In this document: positions 55,384-64,000 of the stretch, piece after piece
Numbering within the stretch: the stretch's first letter is position 1
Layout: every line of letters starts with the position of its first letter
Source: a virus
Lineage: Duplodnaviria; Caudoviricetes
Strand: one strand, 5' to 3'
Length of the DNA: 64,000 nucleotides
IMG/VR virus record: IMGVR_UViG_3300025769_015023
Location: 9,260-73,259 of that record
Notes under the pieces: model-generated
The model's input: only the letters and a program-made list of their open reading frames with translations
Databases searched by the model: none
Told to the model about the DNA's origin: nothing
Translations under genes and position numbers: made by a program

Positions 55384-57926
55384 GCTTTATTGAACAAATT
55401 AAAAATTATGACTTAGATCTTCATGGGGTAAGACTTCCGTCTTTCGAGATAGATGTTAAATGTAAAAGATCTCTGTCTTTAAGTGAGGATATAACCAATG
55501 ATAAGTTTTTAGTAGAGCTTTGTAAAAACGGATTAAAAGCTAAAAATATAGATAGAAAAGAGTATCGAGACAGATTGAATTATGAATATAAAACTCTTAA
55601 AGAATTAGGGTTCATTGATTACATCTTATTGGTTTGGGACGTTATTAATTTTTGCAAAGAGAATAAGATTCCTACAGGTGCTGGTAGAGGTAGTGCTGCT
55701 GGAAGCTTAATACTTTATACAATAGGTGTTACTAATATAGATCCAGTTGAAAATGAATTATACTTTGAGAGATTTGTTTCTAAAATTAGAGCTAAGAAAA
55801 AAGTAGTAGATGGAGTTACCTACTTGGATGGCTCTTTAATGTGCGATATCGACTTGGATATCTGCTATAAAAATAGACAAAAAGTAATTTCATACGTTGA
55901 GGAAAAATTTAAAGGAAAAACATCAAAAGTATTAACAGTTAGCACTTTAACTGGCAAGCAGTTAATGAAAGACATTGGAAAAACTGTTGACGAAAAAACA
56001 GAACTTGAAATGAACACTGTATCCTCAATGATTCCAAAGATTTTTGGGAATGTTATGGATATCGAAGAGGCGTATGATGAAGTTGAAGAGTTTAAGCAAT
56101 GGTGTGATGAGAATCAAGATTCTTATAAAGTCGCCCTCAAACTAAGAGGACTAATAAGAAACAAAGGTGTTCACGCTTCTGCCGTGCAAATATCTTATGA
56201 CCCAATGATGGATTGCTGCCCGATTGAATTAACTTCTGATAAAACAAGTGAAGTATCTTCTTACGACATGAATTGGGTTTCCATTTTTAATGTAAAGCTT
56301 GATGTGCTTGGCCTCAGAAGTGCTTCTGTTATTAATGAGACTTGCTCTGAAATCGGAGTCTCTATGGACTCGATTGATTACAATGATCCCTTTATTTACC
56401 AACAGTTACAAGACCTGAAAACGCCGCATGGTCTTTTTCAGATTGAAGCTGATACTAACTTTCAAGTCTGTAAAAAAGTAAAACCAAAAAATCTAGAAGA
56501 ACTGAGTGCAGTACTAGCCTTGGCAAGACCAGGTGCTCTCTCTTTTGTAGATAAGTACGCAAATTATACAAATAATGGCGTAAACGAATCCATACACCCG
56601 TTTTTCGACGACATACTATCAACAACTGGCGGTGTGTGCTTATACCAAGAGCAGATGATGAAAATGGCGCATAAAATTGGATTCACACTTGATGAAGCTG
56701 AAATACTACGCCGAATTGTTGGTAAAAAGAAAGTTAAAGAAGTTAGAGAGTGGAAAAAGAAGATTAGCCAAAAAATTAAAGAGAACAATCTTGACCCAGA
56801 AATTTCAGATGTTCTTTGGAAGGTCTTGGAAGACTCTGCTAACTACTCTTTCAATAAATCTCATTCTATTGCATACGCGGCCATGGCGGCTCTCACTATT
56901 TATTTGAAATTTAAATACCCCCAGCAGTTTTTCAAAAACTTGTTACGAATGACCCGCCATGAGCAACAACCAATGCAAGAAATATCCAAAATAAATCAAG
57001 AGATGGATATTTTCGGTATCAGACTATTACCCCCAAACCTCATTAAATCTCAAACAGATTTTTCCGAAGAGGGAAAGGATATAAGATTTGGGCTGCTCTC
57101 CATTAAGGGAGTCTCTGATAAAAATATTGAAAAACTAATGAAGTTCAAAACTCATCATTCAACGAAGTTCGATTTGTTTGATGCTGCTGGAAAGTGCGGA
57201 ATAAACATATCCTGTCTTTGCTCGTTGATTCAAGCTGGCGCGTTAGAAGATGACTATGGTCAATCTAGAAGCAAGGTTGCTTACGAAGCCCAGTTATGGA
57301 ACTGCCTGACTGATAGAGAAAAGAAAATAGCAAGAACCTTAGAAGAAAAATTAAAGTTTAATCTTGTAAAAATTGTTAAATTTATGGCTGAGAATAAAGA
57401 CAAAAATTCTAAGCCTATGATTAAAGAATCTAGATTAGAAACTTTAAAAAAGAAAAGCCAACCCTATTTAGAAGTTTACAATGTAAATAAAAAATCAGAA
57501 AGTTTCGCAAACTGGTATTACGAAAAAGAATGGCTTGGGTACACTTACAACGTTACGCTCAAAGATATCTTCTCCTCCAAGAAAGGCGGTCTACATAGCG
57601 TAAGAGAGGCTGTTAACGCCGAGCTCCAGTCCCAATTATCTTTTGTTGGCTATGTGTCTGACAACCCATTTAAAGGCGTCTCTAGAAGCTCGAAAAAAAG
57701 CCGATATCTGAAGCTAGATATTTCTGATGAAACTGGAAATATTAAAGTAATGATATTCAATGATAAGATGGATGAATGTGAGTTACTGAATAAAGGTATA
57801 CCTAAGAAAAACCAGATAGTATACGTAAAGGGTAGAAAATTTGAAGATGTGGTTTTTGCAGATACTGTAAAAGTACAAGATAATAAAGTCTACACTAAGT
57901 ACTCTCAACTTAAAAACGACTCTTGA
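55380..57926 (+). CDS. dnaE: DNA polymerase III alpha catalytic subunit (PHP-less)
   Basis: GAGRGSAAGS, FERF, DIDLD, KLDVLGL, LARPG, YQEQ, YSFNKSHS. Confidence 0.95.
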   Translation: MSFIEQIKNYDLDLHGVRLPSFEIDVKCKRSLSLSEDITNDKFLVELCKNGLKAKNIDRKEYRDRLNYEYKTLKELGFIDYILLVWDVINFCKENKIPTGAGRGSAAGSLILYTIGVTNIDPVENELYFERFVSKIRAKKKVVDGVTYLDGSLMCDIDLDICYKNRQKVISYVEEKFKGKTSKVLTVSTLTGKQLMKDIGKTVDEKTELEMNTVSSMIPKIFGNVMDIEEAYDEVEEFKQWCDENQDSYKVALKLRGLIRNKGVHASAVQISYDPMMDCCPIELTSDKTSEVSSYDMNWVSIFNVKLDVLGLRSASVINETCSEIGVSMDSIDYNDPFIYQQLQDLKTPHGLFQIEADTNFQVCKKVKPKNLEELSAVLALARPGALSFVDKYANYTNNGVNESIHPFFDDILSTTGGVCLYQEQMMKMAHKIGFTLDEAEILRRIVGKKKVKEVREWKKKISQKIKENNLDPEISDVLWKVLEDSANYSFNKSHSIAYAAMAALTIYLKFKYPQQFFKNLLRMTRHEQQPMQEISKINQEMDIFGIRLLPPNLIKSQTDFSEEGKDIRFGLLSIKGVSDKNIEKLMKFKTHHSTKFDLFDAAGKCGINISCLCSLIQAGALEDDYGQSRSKVAYEAQLWNCLTDREKKIARTLEEKLKFNLVKIVKFMAENKDKNSKPMIKESRLETLKKKSQPYLEVYNVNKKSESFANWYYEKEWLGYTYNVTLKDIFSSKKGGLHSVREAVNAELQSQLSFVGYVSDNPFKGVSRSSKKSRYLKLDISDETGNIKVMIFNDKMDECELLNKGIPKKNQIVYVKGRKFEDVVFADTVKVQDNKVYTKYSQLKNDS

Positions 57927-57950
57927 CATTGTAGCGAAATACAGTAAGAT
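57923..57950 (+). promoter_or_regulatory. Sigma70-like promoter
   Basis: TTGACA-N16-TAAGAT. Confidence 0.55.
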
Positions 57951-57958
57951 CATTTGAT

Positions 57959-58522
57959 ATGATCAGATTCTATAAACCAAATAAATCCAATACGGGATGC
58001 TCTTGTAATTTTTGGTTAAACCTAAAAGATAATACATTCTGGGCGAGTCTTTTAAAACAACACTCTTGGGATTCGTCTAAAGGCATCGGACATTTCAAGC
58101 AAAGCGAAAAAGATTTTTCCAAAAAAGTAATAGTAAAATTCAGTGAGTTAGAAATTTGTGAAATTTTAAACGCTATTAAAACCAAGGGTAAATGCTCTGG
58201 GTATCATAGTACAAAATTTATTACAAAATTTAGATTTCAGTATTACAACATGGAGGACAAAAATATTACTGGCTACTCTTTCAAAGTGCAAAGAGAAAGT
58301 AAAGAAGACTCCACTAAGAAAGATTTGTTTAGTATTTCATTTTCAGAGGCCGAAGCGATTAGACTTTACTACTACATAAAAAATGTTTTATCGCACATAG
58401 ACTTCTCTTCGTTTAATTACTCTCCAGACGAAAAGAACATGGAACAGGCAAAAGAAAATTCAGAAAATCAAAACAAAGAAGTTAATGATGATTTCGCAGT
58501 TGACGATGATGACGTTTTCTAA
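57959..58522 (+). CDS. Putative ssDNA-binding protein (Whirly/PC4-like)
   Basis: Beta-rich duplicated pattern and acidic C-terminal tail (DDFAVDDDDVF) next to dnaE. Confidence 0.5.
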   Translation: MIRFYKPNKSNTGCSCNFWLNLKDNTFWASLLKQHSWDSSKGIGHFKQSEKDFSKKVIVKFSELEICEILNAIKTKGKCSGYHSTKFITKFRFQYYNMEDKNITGYSFKVQRESKEDSTKKDLFSISFSEAEAIRLYYYIKNVLSHIDFSSFNYSPDEKNMEQAKENSENQNKEVNDDFAVDDDDVF

Positions 58523-60408
58523 TGCGTAAAAAAAGAGTACTAATCCAAACAGATTTTTCCTTACTCAAAACAGGTTTTGCAAGAAACGCAAAGTCTGTTT
58601 TGACTCATCTGTATACTACTGATAAGTATGAAATATTTCACTACTGTTGTGGTTTAAACGAGGCTGCGCCAGAGCTTAAAAAAACGCCTTGGAAGTCCAT
58701 AGGCTGTATACCATCTTCTAATGAAAAAATAGAAGAAATTAAAAGAGATCCATACCTCGAAAAAACTTTCCATTATGGCTCCTACTACCTTGATGAAGTT
58801 ATAAAAGATGTTAAGCCTGACGTTTATATAGCAGCGCAAGACATATGGGGTATTGATTTCGCAATAAAAAAGCCTTGGTTTAAAAAAATTACTTCAGCCT
58901 TGTGGACGACCTTGGACTCTCTACCAATACTACCCAGTGCTGTAGAATCCGCTTCTAAAGTAAAAAACTATTGGATATGGAGTGACTTTGCAACTAAGGA
59001 GCTACATAAAATGGGCCATGGCCATGTTAAAACAGTTCACGGCTGTTTTGGCGATTCTAATTTTTTTAGACTGAGTAGCGATAAAAGAAAATCCCTGAGA
59101 ATAAAAAACAAAATACCAGAAGACGCATTTATAATCGGATTTGTATTTAGAAACCAATTAAGAAAATCAGTTTCAAATCTATTAGAGGGCTACTCCAAAT
59201 TTAAAGAAGATAATCCAGATATTAAAAACCCAAGATTACTTCTACATACCAATTTCAGAGAGGGTTGGGATATTAAAAGATTTGCAAAAGAATATAATAT
59301 AAGCAATGAAGAAATACTTGCCACTCATATATGTAAAAACTGCCTAGAGTACTCCGTTAAACCCAATGAAAAACAAAATGACAAATGCGATAAGTGCGGA
59401 GCAGAAGGGTCTGTCAATACAACGGAGGTATCCCTTGGAGTTGATGAAAAAGAGCTAAATGAAGTTTATAACTTGATGGATGTTTACTGCCATCCATTTA
59501 CTTCTGGCGGTCAGGAGATACCAATTCAAGAAGCTAAGTTAACAGAACTCATCACCTTGGTTACGGAGTATAGCTGTGGGGAAGAGATGTGCTACCCAGA
59601 GGCTAACTCCCTACCGCTTGAGTGGAGTCAGTATAGAGAGTTTGGAACTGGATTTATAAAAGCTTCCACTAGCTCAGACTCTATAAGTAAACAATTAACA
59701 AAAGTTTACAAAATGAGCGTAGAAGAACGCCTAGACATGGGGTCTAAAGCTAGAGAGTGGGCCTTGGAAAACTTTTCTGTTGAATCGGTTGGTAAATTTG
59801 TAGAGAACTTTATAGACGATGCTCCACTCGTTAATGAAGAAGTGTTTACCGAAACCGAACTAGCTGACCCATTAGCAAAAATTGAAGAAATAAGAGATAA
59901 TAAAGAATGGGTTAAAAAACTATATAAAGAAATACTAAAAACAGAAGTAGATGACAATGATGAGGGTTTAACCCATTGGGTAACTAGACTTGAAACAGAT
60001 TTAAATAGGGAGCAAGTTGAAAAATACTTTAGAGGAGTAGCTACAAAAGAAAGAGAATCAAAAGCTGATAGTTTTTTTGATAAGTACTTGAATAAAGAAA
60101 GACCCAAAAGAATACTTTTCATATTGCCAGAATCCGAGCGAGAAATATATCTTTCAACGTCTTTGCTTGATTCTGTAAAAAAGCTTTACCCAGATCACGA
60201 TATATATTACGCAACAGGCGAGCCATATTTTCAAATGCTAGCCTCGAACCCAAATATTTACAGAGTAATTCCTTTCTCTAAAGAGCTTTCTAAGGTAAAA
60301 AGCTTACAGGAGGAAAAATACTTTGATTTAGTTTATACTCCGTCTGCTTTCGATGCGAGCTATTCTTATTACGGAAAAAAGAAAGTTGAGTACGACCTAT
60401 GCACTTAA
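58522..60408 (+). CDS. GT4 glycosyltransferase with zinc-finger insertion and C-terminal extension
   Basis: TGFAR, FRNQLRK, CKNC...CDKC, HPFTSGGQEIPIQEA. Confidence 0.85.
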   Translation: MRKKRVLIQTDFSLLKTGFARNAKSVLTHLYTTDKYEIFHYCCGLNEAAPELKKTPWKSIGCIPSSNEKIEEIKRDPYLEKTFHYGSYYLDEVIKDVKPDVYIAAQDIWGIDFAIKKPWFKKITSALWTTLDSLPILPSAVESASKVKNYWIWSDFATKELHKMGHGHVKTVHGCFGDSNFFRLSSDKRKSLRIKNKIPEDAFIIGFVFRNQLRKSVSNLLEGYSKFKEDNPDIKNPRLLLHTNFREGWDIKRFAKEYNISNEEILATHICKNCLEYSVKPNEKQNDKCDKCGAEGSVNTTEVSLGVDEKELNEVYNLMDVYCHPFTSGGQEIPIQEAKLTELITLVTEYSCGEEMCYPEANSLPLEWSQYREFGTGFIKASTSSDSISKQLTKVYKMSVEERLDMGSKAREWALENFSVESVGKFVENFIDDAPLVNEEVFTETELADPLAKIEEIRDNKEWVKKLYKEILKTEVDDNDEGLTHWVTRLETDLNREQVEKYFRGVATKERESKADSFFDKYLNKERPKRILFILPESEREIYLSTSLLDSVKKLYPDHDIYYATGEPYFQMLASNPNIYRVIPFSKELSKVKSLQEEKYFDLVYTPSAFDASYSYYGKKKVEYDLCT

Positions 60409-61538
60409 TAGAAAATTACGCCCTGAATTGTGGTTTAAAAATATCAAAACCAAGCTTAGATAGCCATTTTTTTCCAGTTTCCAATGATGACTATATAACT
60501 ATAGATACCTCTTCACCTAAGTCTTTTGGGAACTACCCTCATTGGCAAAAGGTGATTGATTTACTTTTACCTTTTCTAAAGAAAAATAAAATTGATATCA
60601 TACAATTAGGAACGCCTAACGATGTTAACTTGTCTGACGTTAAAAGGACTAACGGTGGAGCTAGCGTTAATCAAGTAAACTATTTAATTAAGCATAGTAA
60701 AATTCATTTATGCAATAATAGTTTCACTCAAGAAATCGCTTCTGTTAATAATGTTAACTGTATATCGGTTATAGATAAAGAAAGACTGGTTGATTTTCGG
60801 TGGTCCAAAAAAACCGACTTTTTAACAAACATTGATAACGGCGACATAAATTGCATATACCCAGAGCGAATAGCCAATAGGTGTTTGAAAATTTTAAATA
60901 TTAATAAATCACTTAATTTTAAAACGCTGCACATTGGAGGCAAGTATAAAGACGGCCATGAGTTCGTAGAGTCTATACCAGATCATTGTGTTAATCTGAA
61001 GTCAATGAATCTTAATAATATAATCGTCAGAATGGATCTGTATTATGATGAAGGAAATTTACAAAAACAATTAAAAGTTGGTAAAGTAAGTTTGGTTACC
61101 AATAGAGAGATAGATTTTTCGATAATAGTTGCAAATAAAAACAATATTTCAGAGGTAGTTTATATAGTAGAAGAAAATAACGACAATTTTGATTTTTGTT
61201 ATAAAGTAAAAAAGCTAGGGTTGAATTTGGTTTTAATATCATCTATCCCAGAGAAAGATTTGGACTGTAAAAAGCTAATCTATATGGAGCTTGGTAATAT
61301 AATGCCACAAATACAAGAAAAAGATGTCGAAGTTTTTGAAAAAATTAAAAATAATAAAACAGAAAACACGTACTATAGAACTTGTAAATACACGCTTAGT
61401 GCTGGTAAAGTCTTTTTTTCAGAATTAGACTGGAAAAAAATGCGTAACAGTCCAGAGAAAACAAACTTTCAGAAACTTAGCTTAGAAAACGATATTAAAT
61501 ACAATTTAGATTCAACTTGGATAATTCAAGTAAATTAG
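60399..61538 (+). CDS. GT9-like protein
   Basis: YPHWQKVI, IIQLG, IHLCNNSF (degenerate DSG motif). Confidence 0.6.
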   Translation: MHLIENYALNCGLKISKPSLDSHFFPVSNDDYITIDTSSPKSFGNYPHWQKVIDLLLPFLKKNKIDIIQLGTPNDVNLSDVKRTNGGASVNQVNYLIKHSKIHLCNNSFTQEIASVNNVNCISVIDKERLVDFRWSKKTDFLTNIDNGDINCIYPERIANRCLKILNINKSLNFKTLHIGGKYKDGHEFVESIPDHCVNLKSMNLNNIIVRMDLYYDEGNLQKQLKVGKVSLVTNREIDFSIIVANKNNISEVVYIVEENNDNFDFCYKVKKLGLNLVLISSIPEKDLDCKKLIYMELGNIMPQIQEKDVEVFEKIKNNKTENTYYRTCKYTLSAGKVFFSELDWKKMRNSPEKTNFQKLSLENDIKYNLDSTWIIQVN

Positions 61539-61541
61539 TTG

Positions 61542-61570
61542 TTGACTTTTTTTTATAAAAATAAGAAGAT
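61542..61570 (+). promoter_or_regulatory. Sigma70-like promoter with TATAAAA box
   Basis: TTGACT-N6-TATAAAA-N4-GAAGAT. Confidence 0.55.
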
Positions 61571-61576
61571 AGCAAA

Positions 61577-62311
61577 ATGGATTTAAAATACACGAAAAGA
61601 GACAAGAATGGTCTTATTAGTGGTGTGGATTACGTTTTCGACGATAACGGTATGATTGACTGGCGAAAGATGGTCAAGCCAGAGTATTTATATCCAAATC
61701 CAAGTAAAAATCTTGCTGAAACCGATGTAACAAAACTAAAGGATTATGAGCTATGCATCTTGCTTTCTGGACTGAAGGAACTTGCTCAAATCAGAGGATA
61801 TACCAAAGTAGAATATGATATCAATAGCCCATCCTCGGATTATGTCGTGGCTAACTGTAAAATTACTTGGATTCCTAATTACGAGTCAGAAGGAAGAGAG
61901 GTTGTATTTTCATCTGTAGCCGACTCTTCCATTCAAAATACTTCTCCAATTTTTGGTTATCATTTTTTAGCCACGGCTGCTGAAAATAGAGCTTTCGTTA
62001 GATGCGTTCGTAATTTTTTACGAATTAATATCGTTTCTAAAGAAGAAATGGCTGAGTCAGCGAAAGTAAATAAAACTAGCTCTTCCAATCATAATAATAC
62101 ACACAGCACCGAGTCGAGCGATTCTGCAACAGAATCATTACTAAAAGCAATGTCAAAGAAAAAATTATCTTTTGATCAAGTAAAATCCCAATTGATAAAA
62201 GAAGGTTTTGATGGTGCTGAAGACTTTCAATCGGTTGACGATATACCAAAAAACAAAATCTTTGCATTAATATCTAGAATCAATAAGGCAAAAGCAGTCA
62301 GAAAGTCCTAG
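61577..62311 (+). CDS. Putative single-strand annealing protein (Rad52/Red-beta-like)
   Basis: [24 protein letters not shown] resembles the AETRA..RA SSAP motif. Confidence 0.55.
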   Translation: MDLKYTKRDKNGLISGVDYVFDDNGMIDWRKMVKPEYLYPNPSKNLAETDVTKLKDYELCILLSGLKELAQIRGYTKVEYDINSPSSDYVVANCKITWIPNYESEGREVVFSSVADSSIQNTSPIFGYHFLATAAENRAFVRCVRNFLRINIVSKEEMAESAKVNKTSSSNHNNTHSTESSDSATESLLKAMSKKKLSFDQVKSQLIKEGFDGAEDFQSVDDIPKNKIFALISRINKAKAVRKS

Positions 62312-64000
62312 CTTTTACTCCATCCACCCCAGAATCTATAGTTAGACTCAGCTTGCTGTTTAGTAAAGCTTTCAAATCTAATACCACTAAATCCACTTCT
62401 TACTCCATTTAGTTTTATTGTTACATATTCTGGAGGGGTTGAGTATTTGTCTATCTCGACAATAATTTGATTTTTTTCTACCCTAGCCCCAACCATAGAG
62501 GGGTGAGATGGAACACAGCTTACCACTGAAATAGAACCCTCTTCACAAACATCGATAAAAGTCGGATCTATCCATTGTTTAATTTTTGAATTATTATTTA
62601 TTTTTATACATATTACGTCTTCGAACCTAGCTTCTGGCATTTCAGTACACATTAGTCCAACGTATTTATTTCTATCCTTGGTTGGTACTATCGCATATTT
62701 TTGTCCACTTGGACCCTGAGCACCAGTTGCACCAGTTTTACCAGCTTTGCCAGTAGCTCCAGTAGCTCCAGTAGCTCCAGAAGCGCCAGTTTGACCAGCA
62801 GCACCATTACTACCATTACTACCATTAGCACCAGTTTCGCCAGCAGCACCAGTTGCACCAGTCTGACCAGCAGCACCAGTTGCACCAGTTTCGCCAGCAG
62901 CACCAGTTGCGCCAGTCGGTCCTACACCTGATTTTTGTTTAACGTCTCCATCAGAGTTTATAACTAAAAAGTCATCAAGACTATTATCTACAGGGACGCT
63001 TCTAATTCTTAAATCACCGTTTATGTCTAATTTAGCTTGTGGGTCAGTGTAAGTACCTATTACAACATCCCCACCTCCATTGACAATGGCTAAATCTCTA
63101 GTTGAGTAAAAATTTATATGGAGAGGTAAACTTGTAGTGTTATCAAATCCTTCGATTGTATTCCATGCTCCCCCCTCGCTTCCGTTTCTACCAAAAGGAT
63201 CTCCTATTTCTATACCTTGAATATCGGAAGGGCCAGTTTTTAAACCTTTTACAATCTTACCCGTGGTAGTAACACCAATATCCCCAATAAAGTTGGTATC
63301 TCCAGAAAACTTATGTCTTCTATCGCCATCGTTTCCAAATATAGTGTTACCAGAATGAATTAAGCTGGTTGTATAATTGCCTATCTCTAACTTAGATAAA
63401 GCGGCTCCAAGACGTAGGTTTTGCGGAGCTCCAACACCTAATCCTTGGTCATTGAATATTTGTACCGTGTTGGCGCTTGTTGTTATGTCAAATTGATTTG
63501 AATGATCTGCGTCTAGATCTATCTTTTTCCCACTTAAAGTGTAAATTGTTTGAGTGCTAGCGTCATCCGTTCCAAAGTAAATATTTTCAGCAGCACCCGC
63601 AATTTTTAAAGTCGCTGGAGAAATGCCATCATTGAATAAATCAAATTCAGCGCAGCTAGTTGTTATATCGCAACCATCTACTTGTAAATCTCCACTGAGA
63701 AGTGTATTGCCTCCAACCTGAACATTACCGTGTAGAAGGGAGGTAGTGCCAACGCTGAGAGTAGCATCTGAAATGAGCCCTCCTTCGGCTCTTACAAAGC
63801 CATCTGCTATAGTATCTATAGATCCATCTGACCTATAATAAGGTCCATTTCTTTCTGGACCAGTAGCACCAGTTTGACCAGCAGCACCAGTTCCACCAGT
63901 TGCACCAGTTTGACCAGCAGCACCATTAGCACCAGTAGCACCAGTTTGACCAGCAGCACCATTAGCACCAGTAGCACCAGTTTGACCAGCAGCACCATTA
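62308..64000 (-). CDS. Collagen-repeat fibre protein, partial (start beyond right edge)
   Basis: Frame checked by hand and stop-free from 63999 to 62308 (564 codons); G-X-Y tracts; C-terminal [11 protein letters not shown] domain; ORF track shows only the last 114 aa. Confidence 0.9.
   Translation of the reverse strand, partial: NGAAGQTGATGANGAAGQTGATGANGAAGQTGATGGTGAAGQTGATGPERNGPYYRSDGSIDTIADGFVRAEGGLISDATLSVGTTSLLHGNVQVGGNTLLSGDLQVDGCDITTSCAEFDLFNDGISPATLKIAGAAENIYFGTDDASTQTIYTLSGKKIDLDADHSNQFDITTSANTVQIFNDQGLGVGAPQNLRLGAALSKLEIGNYTTSLIHSGNTIFGNDGDRRHKFSGDTNFIGDIGVTTTGKIVKGLKTGPSDIQGIEIGDPFGRNGSEGGAWNTIEGFDNTTSLPLHINFYSTRDLAIVNGGGDVVIGTYTDPQAKLDINGDLRIRSVPVDNSLDDFLVINSDGDVKQKSGVGPTGATGAAGETGATGAAGQTGATGAAGETGANGSNGSNGAAGQTGASGATGATGATGKAGKTGATGAQGPSGQKYAIVPTKDRNKYVGLMCTEMPEARFEDVICIKINNNSKIKQWIDPTFIDVCEEGSISVVSCVPSHPSMVGARVEKNQIIVEIDKYSTPPEYVTIKLNGVRSGFSGIRFESFTKQQAESNYRFWGGWSKS
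62704..62928 (-). repeat. Collagen-like tract of 25 G-X-Y triplets
   Basis: [21 protein letters not shown]...GAQ GPS GQK. Confidence 0.95.
63853..64000 (-). repeat. Second collagen-like tract (runs off edge)
   Basis: Recurring [12 protein letters not shown] units. Confidence 0.95.

Noticed and set aside
55955-55966. 12-nt match (caagcagttaat) between spacer 26949-26977 and dnaE
   Set aside because: Flanks diverge; a 12-mer match is expected by chance in an AT-rich 64-kb sequence, so this is not self-targeting
48-62267. Numerous 60-120-aa antisense or alternative-frame ORFs (e.g. 653..844, 6051..6377, 15809..16162, 29510..29851, 59706..60122)
   Set aside because: Fully overlap motif-bearing genes, have low-complexity Ser/Phe/Leu composition and no motifs
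62688-63998. ORF-track entries 62688..62903, 62701..62931 and 63816..63998
   Set aside because: Alternative-frame shadows of the collagen repeats
1-64000. tRNA genes, integrase, transposase, intein or cas1/cas2
   Set aside because: No cloverleaf with T-loop and CCA signatures in any gap, and no recognisable motifs in the translated ORFs

Overview
AT-rich, densely coding 64-kb segment of a large tailed dsDNA phage genome (standard genetic code; no tRNA, rRNA, capsid or terminase genes seen). Left arm (1-23.1 kb, almost all minus strand): small accessory and auxiliary genes, including AdoMet decarboxylase, two SET-domain proteins, an aminoacyl-tRNA-protein-transferase-like protein, PAP2 phosphatase, PPase, APS kinase, three sulfotransferases, a DNA methyltransferase, Ugd, dUTPase and dCMP deaminase. 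A divergent promoter region with a ~400-nt highly structured non-coding segment (23.2-23.6 kb) marks the switch to the plus strand. The plus arm holds dNMP kinase, a class Ic-type NrdAB, a 14-kb glycan biosynthesis cluster (Gmd/Fcl, GT10/GT25/GT47-like, methyltransferases, a TPP-enzyme fusion) and a replication module (RecA, DnaB, DnaG, PD-(D/E)XK nuclease, split DnaE with DnaQ). A collagen-repeat fibre gene, only partly captured by the ORF track, enters from the right edge. The most striking locus is 26.45-28.11 kb. There a promoter drives a three-hairpin RNA and a frameshifted small membrane ORF. These are followed by a cas-less CRISPR-like array of five mutually divergent 36-nt repeats (spacers 9/29/30/29 nt), then a glycosyltransferase-like gene, then further partial repeat copies, so the gene is bracketed by array-derived sequence. 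Family assignments come from visual motif recognition only; no database searches were run.
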